From an uncultured Candidatus Saccharibacteria bacterium (GTDB taxonomy: Bacteria; Patescibacteriota; Minisyncoccia; Phycocordibacterales; CAYSCM01), in the NCBI GenBank assembly GCA_964429815.1, contig CAYSCM010000001.1, forward strand, positions 256,001-320,000: a stretch of 64,000 nt of DNA, written 5' to 3'. A model generated the notes under the pieces. That model saw nothing but the letters and a program-made list of their open reading frames with translations, was not told the DNA's origin and searched no databases. A program made the translations under genes and the position numbers. Below, in pieces: positions 10,435 to 19,081 of the stretch; the first letter of the stretch is position 1; every line of letters starts with the position of its first letter.

Positions 10435-10953
10435 ATGCTGGACACGTTCGGCCGCTCGATCATGGCCCTTTCGAACTCGTCCTCCAGTGGTTACTGGGCC
10501 AGCTGTCGCAGGTGGGAAGGCGTCATTGCCTTCCTCGTCATCATCGATGAAGAAAAGAAAAAGACGGCGGACGTACTGCTCCATCCGCACGACATCGAGC
10601 CTGTGCTCTATTTCTCTCTTACGGTCCCGGGCGTTCGTATCACGGAAAAGAACCGCGAGTCCGTAGGGAAGCTCGCTAGGATGGTCAACGCGCGCTTGCC
10701 GTACATCTCGATAAGCCCGGAGACGGGCGATGGCACGCTCTTCTGCTATTACGTATGGCGCTACCCCCGCATCATCGACGCCAAAGAATTCCGCGATAAC
10801 GTCGAGGAAATCACCGAAGATTTCGGTGAGGTCATGCGAACATTCCACCGCTATTTCCTCTGGCTCGTGCGCGGGAAAATAAGCCTCGAGGATCTGGAGA
10901 AGCTTCTCACTGAGCGCTTCCCCCTTGAGGGAGGCCCCCCGAGGCTCTCCTGA
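10435..10953 (+). CDS. hypothetical protein (YbjN-like fold suspected)
   Basis: GAGGAGAGAG RBS upstream of ATG 10435; protein-like composition; preferred over GC-rich antisense ORF 10414..11007. Confidence 0.5.
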   Translation: MLDTFGRSIMALSNSSSSGYWASCRRWEGVIAFLVIIDEEKKKTADVLLHPHDIEPVLYFSLTVPGVRITEKNRESVGKLARMVNARLPYISISPETGDGTLFCYYVWRYPRIIDAKEFRDNVEEITEDFGEVMRTFHRYFLWLVRGKISLEDLEKLLTERFPLEGGPPRLS

Positions 10954-10967
10954 AATCAAGACGCTCC

Positions 10968-11005
10968 CCGCGCGGCCCCTTGCGGCCGCGCGGTTTCTCT
11001 TTTTC
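10968..11005 (+). terminator. rho-independent terminator
   Basis: CCGCGCGGCC-cctt-GGCCGCGCGG then tttctctttttc. Confidence 0.75.
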
Positions 11006-11011
11006 ATTCAG

Positions 11012-11040
11012 TTGACTATTTTTAGAAGCCCCTCTACAAT
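11012..11040 (+). promoter_or_regulatory. sigma70 promoter for tuf (TTGACT-17-TACAAT)
   Basis: TTGACT 11012-11017, TACAAT 11035-11040; followed by ~160-nt leader. Confidence 0.6.
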
Positions 11041-11201
11041 TCCCCCTACGCAAGAGTGCGTTCTTTTTGTTTACCCCGGTGCACGGCCGAGGGTCACAGA
11101 GAGGCGCGCCAGGCAGATTAATAGAAGCCAAGTCTTCTTGGGTCAGGCGTCTCTCGCGCACTTACTCAAGACAGGGTTGGAAAAATTATAAACACATACA
11201 A

Positions 11202-12398
11202 ATGGCAACATTTGACCGTTCGAAGCCGCACGTCAACGTGGGCACCATCGGCCACGTCGACCACGGCAAAACGACGCTCACCGCCGGCATCCTCCATGTT
11301 CTCAACATGGCAGGAGGTGGCTACGGTGCACGCGCCGAAGCTGTCGATCAGATCGACAACGCTCCGGAAGAGAAGGCTCGTGGTATCACCATCGCCCTTC
11401 ATCACTCCGAGTACTGGACGCCTGCGCGCCACTATGCGCACATCGACGCTCCGGGCCACGCTGACTACATCAAAAACATGATCACGGGTGCCGCCCAGAT
11501 GGACGGCGCAGTGCTCGTCGTTGCAGCGACCGACGGTGTCATGCCGCAGACGCGCGAACACATCCTTCTCGCTCGCCAAGTCGGCGTGCCGAAGATCGTC
11601 GTCTTCCTCAACAAGGTAGACATGGTTCCGGATAAAGACCTCATCGACCTCGTCGAAGAGGAAGTCCGCGAGCTCCTTACCAAGAACAACTTCGATGGAG
11701 CTAATGCTCCGGTCATCCGCGGCTCGGGCCTCAAGGCGCTCGAATCGAAGGATATGAACGACGAGTACGCACAGAAGGTGCTCGAACTCGCCAAGGCACT
11801 GGATGAATACATCCCGACACCGGTTCGCGAGACGGACAAGCCGTTCCTCATGCCGATCGAAGACATCTTCTCGATCGAAGGGCGCGGTACTGTCGTCACG
11901 GGCCGCATCGAGCGCGGCAAGGTGAAAGTTGGCGAAGACGTCGAAATCGTCGGTATCAAGCCGACGGCCAAGACGACCGTGACCGGCATCGAAATGTTCA
12001 ACAAGCAGCTCGATGAGGGTCTCGCCGGCGACAACGCAGGCATCCTCCTTCGCGGCACGAAGAAAGAAGATGTACACCGCGGCCAGGTCATTTGTAAGCC
12101 AGGCTCGGTCACTCCTCACACGGAGTTTGAGTCAGAGGTCTACATCCTCAACAAGGATGAGGGCGGTCGCCACACGCCGTTCTTCACCGGCTACAAGCCG
12201 CAATTCTACGTCCGCACGACCGACGTCACCGGCGAGGTCACCCTCGCACAGGGCGTTGAAATGGTCATGCCGGGCGATACCGTTACCTTCAAAGTGAAAC
12301 TCACCGCTCCGGTAGCGCTTGAGGAAAAGCAGCGCTTCGCTATCCGCGAAGGCGGCAAGACCGTCGGCGCCGGCGTCGTCACCAAGATCGTCGCCTAA
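11202..12398 (+). CDS. tuf: elongation factor Tu
   Basis: [26 protein letters not shown]...; start trimmed from longer ORF to conserved N-terminus. Confidence 0.95.
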   Translation: MATFDRSKPHVNVGTIGHVDHGKTTLTAGILHVLNMAGGGYGARAEAVDQIDNAPEEKARGITIALHHSEYWTPARHYAHIDAPGHADYIKNMITGAAQMDGAVLVVAATDGVMPQTREHILLARQVGVPKIVVFLNKVDMVPDKDLIDLVEEEVRELLTKNNFDGANAPVIRGSGLKALESKDMNDEYAQKVLELAKALDEYIPTPVRETDKPFLMPIEDIFSIEGRGTVVTGRIERGKVKVGEDVEIVGIKPTAKTTVTGIEMFNKQLDEGLAGDNAGILLRGTKKEDVHRGQVICKPGSVTPHTEFESEVYILNKDEGGRHTPFFTGYKPQFYVRTTDVTGEVTLAQGVEMVMPGDTVTFKVKLTAPVALEEKQRFAIREGGKTVGAGVVTKIVA

Positions 12399-12427
12399 CC
12401 GCCTCTTACCTCTTCTGATTTCCGACC

Positions 12428-12805
12428 ATGGCAAGCGAAACCACCAAAAAACCCCGCGCACCTCGCACCAAAAAGGCCACTAAGGCCCCCGAGGCGCCGA
12501 TTCAGAAGCTTCGCATACGGGTGCGCGCCTACGAACACAAGCTTCTCGACGCGTCCGTAAAGCAGATCATCGACACGGCAATACGCTTCGACGCGACGGT
12601 CGTGGGGCCGGTTCCGCTTCCTACGGAAATTAAAAAATATACCGTCAATCGCTCGACCTTCGTCCACAAGAATGCGCGAGAGCAGTTCGAGATGCGGGTC
12701 CACAAACGAATGATGGATATCATGAATCCCAATCCGAAGGTGATCGAGGCACTCACGAACCTCAATCTTCCCTCCGGCGTCAACATCGACGTAAAGATGG
12801 TCTAA
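12428..12805 (+). CDS. rpsJ: 30S ribosomal protein S10 with ~25-aa Lys/Pro/Ala-rich N-terminal extension
   Basis: IRIRVRAYEHKLLDASVKQIIDTA... S10 core. Confidence 0.9.
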   Translation: MASETTKKPRAPRTKKATKAPEAPIQKLRIRVRAYEHKLLDASVKQIIDTAIRFDATVVGPVPLPTEIKKYTVNRSTFVHKNAREQFEMRVHKRMMDIMNPNPKVIEALTNLNLPSGVNIDVKMV

Positions 12806-12823
12806 CAAAAATGCGACCACCCA

Positions 12824-12852
12824 AAAACGCTCCCAATCAGGGCGTTTTTTGG
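12824..12852 (+). terminator. rho-independent terminator after rpsJ
   Basis: AACGC(T)CCC..GGGCGTT then tttttt. Confidence 0.65.
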
Positions 12853-12865
12853 TGTTACCGGCACA

Positions 12866-12894
12866 TTGACAAAATGGCCTAATTCGTGCTATAA
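12866..12894 (+). promoter_or_regulatory. consensus sigma70 promoter (TTGACA-17-TATAAT)
   Basis: TTGACA 12866-12871, TATAAT 12889-12894. Confidence 0.65.
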
Positions 12895-12962
12895 TGTGTG
12901 CAGTATTGAACATCCTGCACTGCAGGCCTGCACCTCAAGGTTTAGGGGTAGGAGTAACTCCG

Positions 12963-13352
12963 ATGACGACCGCCGAAATCAGGATCAGTGGCAAGCGCCC
13001 CCCGAACACTCATGGCATCATGCACCTCTATATTGAGGGACAGGCCAAGCCCATCTACATCTGGACGCCTGAGGAGATCGACTGGCTCTGCGGCCATGCC
13101 GTTCACCGGCTAGACCACGCGTATGACGCTTATCTAAGGGATCTGTCCTGTCCGGAATCGATCGAGAATCCCGAGCTTCGCGAAGCAGTCCGTGTCTGCC
13201 AGAAAGAGCGAGCGGAGAAGGTGCCCCACGAAAAACGCACCTGGCTCCTTCTCTCGCCGAGAAAGATTCGCTATTCGGCGTGGGCGGGGACGCTCGTCCT
13301 TGTCTCGAACCGTGCCCGCATCGAGGAGCTCCTCCAGCTCGCGGCGGCCTAA
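12963..13352 (+). CDS. hypothetical protein (129 aa)
   Basis: AGGAGT RBS 7 nt upstream; own promoter and terminator; inserted between rpsJ and rplC. Confidence 0.55.
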   Translation: MTTAEIRISGKRPPNTHGIMHLYIEGQAKPIYIWTPEEIDWLCGHAVHRLDHAYDAYLRDLSCPESIENPELREAVRVCQKERAEKVPHEKRTWLLLSPRKIRYSAWAGTLVLVSNRARIEELLQLAAA

Positions 13353-13373
13353 GCCCACACGCGCGAACCTATT

Positions 13374-13410
13374 CCGCCCGGAAGTCTCGAACCTCCGGGC
13401 GGTTTTCTTT
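13374..13410 (+). terminator. rho-independent terminator
   Basis: CCGCCCGGA..TCCGGGCGG then ttttctttt. Confidence 0.75.
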
Positions 13411-13438
13411 TGACTTTTTATTTTTTTGTGATATTATT
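13410..13438 (+). promoter_or_regulatory. sigma70 promoter (TTGACT-17-TATTAT)
   Basis: TTGACT 13410-13415, TATTAT 13433-13438. Confidence 0.5.
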
Positions 13439-13482
13439 TTGGAGGCGTCTAGAACCCCCTCAGCACAACTAGGAGTAAGAAT

Positions 13483-13926
13483 ATGAGAAACTCGACCTTC
13501 GGGAAACTCCGCCTCCTGCCTTGGGAGACACGATACACGCCGTTCTCATACTTCATCCGAAATGAAAGAAAAAAGAGAAACGTGTCGCTCAGGGCCTTCT
13601 ATAAATTTCTTGTTGACAGGCACGGAGGACCAATTGTCGGGGTCGATAATTCTCTAATCAGCAGATGGGAAACAGCAAATGCGGAACCGTCCGCTGATGC
13701 AGTGCAAGTTCTTGCAATTATTCTCGAAGTTCCACTGCAGGCGCTAGCATCTCTCATTCCGAGCGCGTGGTCGTTACTACTAATCGAGGTAGCGGATATC
13801 GTGCACATCCTCGCGGAAAGAAAATCCCAGGAGAACATGACGATTGGAGAGATGGTCCGTATGTTGCAGGACCATATTCGCCACAAATACTGGGATGAAA
13901 GCAACGATAGGATTTCACTCAAGTAA
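13483..13926 (+). CDS. XRE-family helix-turn-helix protein
   Basis: AGGAGT RBS; SLISRWETANAEPSADAVQVLAIILEV matches HTH_3 (Cro/C1) motif. Confidence 0.55.
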   Translation: MRNSTFGKLRLLPWETRYTPFSYFIRNERKKRNVSLRAFYKFLVDRHGGPIVGVDNSLISRWETANAEPSADAVQVLAIILEVPLQALASLIPSAWSLLLIEVADIVHILAERKSQENMTIGEMVRMLQDHIRHKYWDESNDRISLK

Positions 13927-13941
13927 CAGATTTTCACCCTT

Positions 13942-13982
13942 CCGCCCGGCAGTCTCGCGACTGCCGGGCGTTTTCTTTTTTA
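13942..13982 (+). terminator. rho-independent terminator
   Basis: CGCCCGGCAGTC-tcgc-GACTGCCGGGCG then ttttctttttt. Confidence 0.8.
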
Positions 13983-14112
13983 TTTGCATATTTTTAGAGG
14001 TTCCTGTAGTGTGTCCCCATTCGCTACGTTCTCTAGGGAATACCCGGTGGGAACCAATGGCAAGAAGGCTCTAAGAGCCCGGCGCCATTGTTGGCGTTTT
14101 TTTGTTTCAACC

Positions 14113-14748
14113 ATGAAATTCATCGTCGGATTCAAACAGCATATGACGCAGATCTTCGACGAAGCTGGCACGGTGCAGCCGGTTACCGTGCTTTCCGCTA
14201 CTCCTAACGTCGTGACTGCCATCAAGAGCAAAGAAAAGGATGGCTATATTGCGGTGCAGGTGGGTGCGGGGGAGCGCAAGGAAAAAAATATTTCAAAAGC
14301 CGTTAAGGGGCACGTGAAAGGCCACGGCAATTTTTCGGTACTTAAAGAGTTCCGCCCCGAAAATGTCGGCGACGAAGGTGAAGTCTCCAAAATGACACCA
14401 GGCACCGCGCTTGCGGTTGATGTGTTCGCTCCGGGCGACAAGGTGGTCGTCTCGGCAATTTCAAAAGGCAAAGGGTTCCAGGGTGTTGTGAAGCGCCACG
14501 GTTTCAAGGGAGATTCTCGCACGCACGGCCGCAAGCACTCCGAGCGCGCACCAGGTTCCATCGGCGGCGGAGGCCGCGCAGGAGGCCGTGTGGTGAAAGG
14601 TATGCGCATGGCAGGCCGCATGGGGTCTGATCGCATTACGGTAAAAAACCTCAAGGTGGTTGCTATCAATAAAGAAGCTGGAGAAATTCTTATTTCGGGA
14701 GCCGTTCCGGGTCGTCGGGGAACGGTCGTTGAAGTGCGCGGCATGTAA
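14113..14748 (+). CDS. rplC: 50S ribosomal protein L3
   Basis: MKFIVGFKQHMTQIFDEAGTVQPVTVL... L3; start trimmed. Confidence 0.95.
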   Translation: MKFIVGFKQHMTQIFDEAGTVQPVTVLSATPNVVTAIKSKEKDGYIAVQVGAGERKEKNISKAVKGHVKGHGNFSVLKEFRPENVGDEGEVSKMTPGTALAVDVFAPGDKVVVSAISKGKGFQGVVKRHGFKGDSRTHGRKHSERAPGSIGGGGRAGGRVVKGMRMAGRMGSDRITVKNLKVVAINKEAGEILISGAVPGRRGTVVEVRGM

Positions 14749-14753
14749 ACACT

Positions 14754-15416
14754 ATGGCTGAAGTAACTATCTACAATCAGAAGGGTGAATCGGCGGGGAA
14801 GGTAAAACTTCCGGGCTTCTTCGAGACGAAGTGGAAGGCGGATGTCGTCCACCAGGTGGTCGTCGCGGAAGCGGCAAACGCTCGTGTGTCTATCGCCAAC
14901 ACCAAGGATAGAAGCGATGTGCGCGGTGGCGGCCGCAAGCCGTGGCAGCAGAAGGGTACCGGCCGAGCTCGTCACGGATCTTCTCGCTCGCCGATCTGGC
15001 GCGGAGGCGGTTCCACCTTTGGTCCGCAGAAAGAAAAGGACTACTCGCAAAAAATCAATAAGTCGATGCGCCGCAGGGCTCTCGCTATGGCACTCTCCCG
15101 CAAGGCCGCCGATGGGGAAGTGATCTTTGTCGATAAGCTCGTCTTTGCAAAGCCTTCAGCTAAAGAGGCTAAGGCAACACTCCTCGCGCTCGGCAAAAAC
15201 AAGGACTTCTCCTCGCTCAAGGATCGCCGCAACAACGCCGCTCTCATCGCGCTTTCCGAAAATGATAAAGAAGCTAAGAAGAGTTTCCGCAATTTCGGCA
15301 ATGTACTGATCGAGGAGGCACGCAACATCACCGCATCCGAGATCCTCGGCAAGAAGTACCTCATCATCGAAAATCCAACCGCGACCCTTCCGCGCTGGGA
15401 AAAAATTCTTAACTAA
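14754..15416 (+). CDS. rplD: 50S ribosomal protein L4
   Basis: RGGGRKPWQQKGTGRARHGS... L4 signature. Confidence 0.95.
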   Translation: MAEVTIYNQKGESAGKVKLPGFFETKWKADVVHQVVVAEAANARVSIANTKDRSDVRGGGRKPWQQKGTGRARHGSSRSPIWRGGGSTFGPQKEKDYSQKINKSMRRRALAMALSRKAADGEVIFVDKLVFAKPSAKEAKATLLALGKNKDFSSLKDRRNNAALIALSENDKEAKKSFRNFGNVLIEEARNITASEILGKKYLIIENPTATLPRWEKILN

Positions 15417-15421
15417 CCACC

Positions 15422-15838
15422 ATGGCTCTCTTCAATTTTGGAAAAAAGAAAAAGGACGCTCCGAATCTTCCTAAGAAGGCGACCCAGGCCGTGGCCGCAC
15501 CGGCGAAAGACGTAAAGATTCCGAAGGCAGCAAAAGTCTCGGGGGAGGGAGCGGGACGCTACGCGCACGTGCTTCTTCGCCCGCGCATCACGGAAAAAGC
15601 GACCGATGTCACCTCAAATAGCGTCTACGTTTTTGAAATCGATCCGCGAAGCGACAAGCGTGCCGTGCGTGAGGCGGTCAAAACCCAGTACAAGGTAAAT
15701 CCGGTGAAGATTAACATCGTGAAGCTTCCCGCTAAGCGTGTCGAGTCAAAACTTCGCGGCGGATTTCCGGGCGCGACTGCCGCGACGAAGAAGGCCTACG
15801 TCTACCTTCCTAAAGGAACCACTATTGAACTTGCATAA
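15422..15838 (+). CDS. rplW: 50S ribosomal protein L23 with ~45-aa N-terminal extension
   Basis: C-terminal L23 core (RPRITEKAT...VFEIDPRSDKRAVREAV). Confidence 0.85.
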   Translation: MALFNFGKKKKDAPNLPKKATQAVAAPAKDVKIPKAAKVSGEGAGRYAHVLLRPRITEKATDVTSNSVYVFEIDPRSDKRAVREAVKTQYKVNPVKINIVKLPAKRVESKLRGGFPGATAATKKAYVYLPKGTTIELA

Positions 15839-15843
15839 CTATC

Positions 15844-16686
15844 ATGAAAAGCCATAACCCCACTTCAAAAGGCCGCCGTCAGCTTGTCTCGATCGAGTAC
15901 GGCAAATACCTCACCGCAAACGAGCCGTGGAAAGGACTCGTCTCGGGCGGCAAGCGCCGCGTCGGGCGCAACGCGTTCGGCCGTATCACGACTCGCCACA
16001 AGGGCGGCGGCCACAAGCGCCTCTTCCGCGATGTCGACTTCATGCTCACCAAGTTCGATATCCCGGCGCGCGTCGAGACTATTGAATACGACCCGAACCG
16101 CACGGCCTTTATCGCCCGCATCGTCTATCGCGATGGCGAGCGCCGCTACGTGCTCGCGAGCAAATCCATGCGTGTGGGCAATGAACTCCTCATTTCGGAG
16201 AAAGCCCCGGTGAAGCTTGGCAACCGCATGCCGCTTCGCAACATGCCGGTCGGCACTTTTGTCTACAATGTCGAGATTCAGCCGAAGGGGGGCGCCAAAC
16301 TCATCCGCTCGGCAGGGAACACTGCGGAAATCGTCGCGCAAGATGGTGACTACACAAACCTCAAGATGCCTAGTACCGAAGTGCGTCGCGTGCTCTCGGG
16401 GGCGTGGGCGACGATCGGTGAAGTATCCAACGATGAGAACAAGCTCCGCTCACTCGGAAAGGCCGGACGCTCCCGCTGGCTCGGCATTCGCCCGACCGTG
16501 CGCGGCTCCGTCATGAACCCGGTTGATCACCCACACGGCGGCGGCGAGGGTCGCCAGGGACGTGGTCGCCGACGCGCCATCTCCATCTACGGCAAACCGA
16601 CCGGCAAGGGCCAGAAGAGCCGCCGACCGAAGAAGTACAGCAACGGCATGATTCTCTCCCGACGTCGTGTCGGAAAAAACCGCTAA
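15844..16686 (+). CDS. rplB: 50S ribosomal protein L2
   Basis: full-length L2 (GRNAFGRITTRHKGGGHKR..., PHGGGEGR). Confidence 0.95.
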   Translation: MKSHNPTSKGRRQLVSIEYGKYLTANEPWKGLVSGGKRRVGRNAFGRITTRHKGGGHKRLFRDVDFMLTKFDIPARVETIEYDPNRTAFIARIVYRDGERRYVLASKSMRVGNELLISEKAPVKLGNRMPLRNMPVGTFVYNVEIQPKGGAKLIRSAGNTAEIVAQDGDYTNLKMPSTEVRRVLSGAWATIGEVSNDENKLRSLGKAGRSRWLGIRPTVRGSVMNPVDHPHGGGEGRQGRGRRRAISIYGKPTGKGQKSRRPKKYSNGMILSRRRVGKNR

Positions 16687-16694
16687 AACTGATG

Positions 16695-16730
16695 AAAAAC
16701 GCCGCGACTTCCGTCGCGGCGTTCGTGTTC
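16695..16730. terminator. hairpin terminator between convergent rplB and minus-strand gene
   Basis: AACGCCGCGAC-ttcc-GTCGCGGCGTT; T-run on minus side. Confidence 0.65.
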
Positions 16731-17391
16731 ACCAGTACGCAAAGGGATCGCGCCAGTCTGGGTAGTTATCATGGAGCCATCGGTATATTGGAGGATGCAG
16801 TTGCGGAAGTCTAGCTGCACGGCGTTTACTGTCTCTCGCCGCGTCTTCCTCAAGAAGGCGTGTATCTTCATCGGTTATTCCGTCGAACTTTCTTTCCTTC
16901 CGTTTTTCGACGTGCACAATGCCAATAAACTCGGCTGGTTTCTCTGGCTCAACAAAGGTACGGTCGATTACCACGTCGATGATATAGCCTCTTGGCCGTT
17001 CGATGGGAGCGGTGTGAATGTTGGGCGGATTCAAAGCGTAGCGACAATAGACTTGAGCGCTCTCTAAACCAAGTCGATCGTCGCTGAATTCCCGGTGTAT
17101 ATGTACCCGGAGATTCCCTTTCCTATCGAGAACATGAAGAATTCCAGAATCAGGCCTTCCGTAGGCATCGTATCCTTCGACCGCTCTCCAACCGGATGGG
17201 AGCACTACATCGAATCTCACATAATTTGGTGGCGGATTAGCCAACTCGTTAAAGAGTTGTCCATTGAGATCAAATGCTCTCAGCACCTGGAAACCTCCTC
17301 GTTGGAGCGTTTCGCGCATTCCCTTCAGTCCCTGCCAAGGGAATTCTGCATTTTCAAGAGTAAACCAGGGGAGTACTACGGTACCAGACAT
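16729..17391 (-). CDS. hypothetical protein (220 aa), antisense insertion within r-protein cluster
   Basis: AAGGAG RBS upstream of ATG at 17391; no recognisable family. Confidence 0.55.
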   Translation of the reverse strand: MSGTVVLPWFTLENAEFPWQGLKGMRETLQRGGFQVLRAFDLNGQLFNELANPPPNYVRFDVVLPSGWRAVEGYDAYGRPDSGILHVLDRKGNLRVHIHREFSDDRLGLESAQVYCRYALNPPNIHTAPIERPRGYIIDVVIDRTFVEPEKPAEFIGIVHVEKRKERKFDGITDEDTRLLEEDAARDSKRRAARLPQLHPPIYRWLHDNYPDWRDPFAYW

Positions 17392-17468
17392 GTAATCTCC
17401 TTTTGTTTGTGGATCAGTCCTGAGGTGACATTAAATTTAAACAGCGCTTTTTGCAATAAAAGAAATTC

Positions 17469-17494
17469 ACCCCGCACTTCTTTGTGCGGGGTGA
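17469..17494 (-). terminator. rho-independent terminator
   Basis: CACCCCGCAC..TGCGGGGTG; minus-strand T-run follows. Confidence 0.7.
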
Positions 17495-17499
17495 GTTCG

Positions 17500-17847
17500 T
17501 CATCCGGTCTCGGACGGCACGCTGTTTTCGAGCTGTGAGCCGACCAGAACGAACGAATTAACGAAGATGATGAGAATACCCGCGAGAATGCTAAGAAACC
17601 ACAGCGGGCTCGAGAGGAGTATAATGAAGAGCGTGTAGAGTAGGGTCGCCGTGACGGAAAGCGATGAAAGCCAGGCACTTTCCTCGTCCCAATCCCACTC
17701 CCACTTCACGAAGCTTTCAGCGACCAGATACAGGACGAGGGCCGGCCCGCCAAAGAAAAAGAGGAAAAATCTCGCCCCATCGATCGCCTGAGTCATCATG
17801 GCGTCGAGGGTCATCAGCACGTGCGCCATCGTCCACGGTTTCGTCAT
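17500..17847 (-). CDS. hypothetical membrane protein (115 aa)
   Basis: AAGGGAGA RBS upstream of internal ATG 17847; 3 TM segments. Confidence 0.5.
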   Translation of the reverse strand: MTKPWTMAHVLMTLDAMMTQAIDGARFFLFFFGGPALVLYLVAESFVKWEWDWDEESAWLSSLSVTATLLYTLFIILLSSPLWFLSILAGILIIFVNSFVLVGSQLENSVPSETG

Positions 17848-17937
17848 AGGTTCTCCCTTCACGGTCTCTTGCGGAACTGTAGATCTTCTTGGGATTTTTG
17901 CAAGAATTTGCAAGAATATGAGGGATCCGAAAGAAAA

Positions 17938-17973
17938 ACGCCGCGATCTGATGCATCGCGGCGGGGACCAAAA
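17938..17973 (-). terminator. rho-independent terminator
   Basis: CGCCGCGAT-ctgatgc-ATCGCGGCG; minus-strand tttttctttc follows. Confidence 0.7.
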
Positions 17974-17975
17974 AT

Positions 17976-18224
17976 TCAGGCAGCGTCCTTTTCGCCGGGG
18001 AATAGAGGGTCGCTAAGCCTGTACTTAGTGATTCCGTCGCGGCGGTAGAGCGTGCCGGGTGCGTAGCCATGGCCTCGCTTCAGGCAGTAGGCCGCGACGT
18101 AGGCCCTCGCTTCCCCTTCGCTCTCGGCCGAAAAGTACTCGAGTTTTTTCTCTGCACTTCGAGCTCCCGAGACGGGATTTCGGAAAAATTTTACGTAGTT
18201 GAACTCGAACTCCTGTCGGGGCAT
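17976..18224 (-). CDS. hypothetical small protein (82 aa)
   Basis: AAGGAG RBS 6 nt upstream of ATG at 18224 (MPRQEFEFNYVKF...). Confidence 0.5.
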   Translation of the reverse strand: MPRQEFEFNYVKFFRNPVSGARSAEKKLEYFSAESEGEARAYVAAYCLKRGHGYAPGTLYRRDGITKYRLSDPLFPGEKDAA

Positions 18225-18289
18225 GGAAGGCTCCTTCAGTTGCGCTCCGGCCACTCTAGACCCGTTCTGTCTCCCTCGCAAGCCTCCGT

Positions 18290-18318
18290 TTGACAGTGCG
18301 GGCTCGCGCGAGTAGTAT
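18290..18318 (+). promoter_or_regulatory. sigma70 promoter for rpsS block (TTGACA-17-TAGTAT)
   Basis: TTGACA 18290-18295, TAGTAT 18313-18318. Confidence 0.55.
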
Positions 18319-18358
18319 GTTGCCACAAGCTCTTCAGCGAGCTTTTTTGATTGAAATT

Positions 18359-18706
18359 ATGAGCCGATCGCTCAAAAAGGGACCCTACGTCGACGAGAAA
18401 CTCCTCAAGAAAATCGAGGGGAAGAAGCCCCAGTCAACCGGGGTTATTAAAACGTGGGCTCGCCGCTCCGTCATCGCTCCTACCATGGTCGGCTTCATCT
18501 TTGGCGTCTACAACGGCAAGCAGCACATCGACGTGCTGGTGACCGAGGAAATGGTAGGGCATCGCCTGGGGGAGTTCTCGCCGACCAAGAAGTTCACCCG
18601 CCATGGCGGCAAGATGCAGAAGGAGCTTGAAATTAAGAAGAAGGAGGCTGAAATTGCCGCCGCGCAGGCCGCAAAGACCGCTGCCGCGGATGCTGGCAAG
18701 AAATAA
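18359..18706 (+). CDS. rpsS: 30S ribosomal protein S19 with ~45-aa Lys/Ala-rich C-terminal extension
   Basis: [20 protein letters not shown]...[17 protein letters not shown]19 core. Confidence 0.9.
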   Translation: MSRSLKKGPYVDEKLLKKIEGKKPQSTGVIKTWARRSVIAPTMVGFIFGVYNGKQHIDVLVTEEMVGHRLGEFSPTKKFTRHGGKMQKELEIKKKEAEIAAAQAAKTAAADAGKK

Positions 18707-18707
18707 T

Positions 18708-19076
18708 ATGAAAGCCTCTCTCAAAAACTATCGACAGGCTCCGCGAAAGGTGCGCCTCGTGACCGACATGGTGAAAGGGAAGAAAGTTCCTGAAGCTCTC
18801 GTTGCGCTCACCCATCTCCCCAAGCGTGCCGCGCTTCCCATGAAAAAACTCATCGAGTCGGCAAGCAGGAATGCCGAGAATCTCGGCATGAAGCGCGAAA
18901 ATCTTTTCATCAAAGATATTCGAGTCGACAAAGGGATCGTCTTCAAGCGCATCATGCCGCGCGCGCGTGGCCGCGGAGCCCTCATCCGTCGTGAGTCGAG
19001 CCACATTTCTCTTTCTCTTGCTGAAGGTAACCCGCCGAAGAAGGGTCGCAACGCCCCTAAAGCGGTCGCCGCATAA
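18708..19076 (+). CDS. rplV: 50S ribosomal protein L22
   Basis: MKASLKNYRQAPRKVRLVTDMVKGKKV... L22. Confidence 0.9.
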   Translation: MKASLKNYRQAPRKVRLVTDMVKGKKVPEALVALTHLPKRAALPMKKLIESASRNAENLGMKRENLFIKDIRVDKGIVFKRIMPRARGRGALIRRESSHISLSLAEGNPPKKGRNAPKAVAA

Positions 19077-19081
19077 ACACC

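Noticed and set aside
10414-11007. 197-aa minus-strand ORF overlapping the 172-aa plus-strand ORF
   Set aside because: The plus-strand ORF has a strong GAGGAGAG SD and a downstream terminator. The minus ORF is Arg/Ala-rich with no SD.
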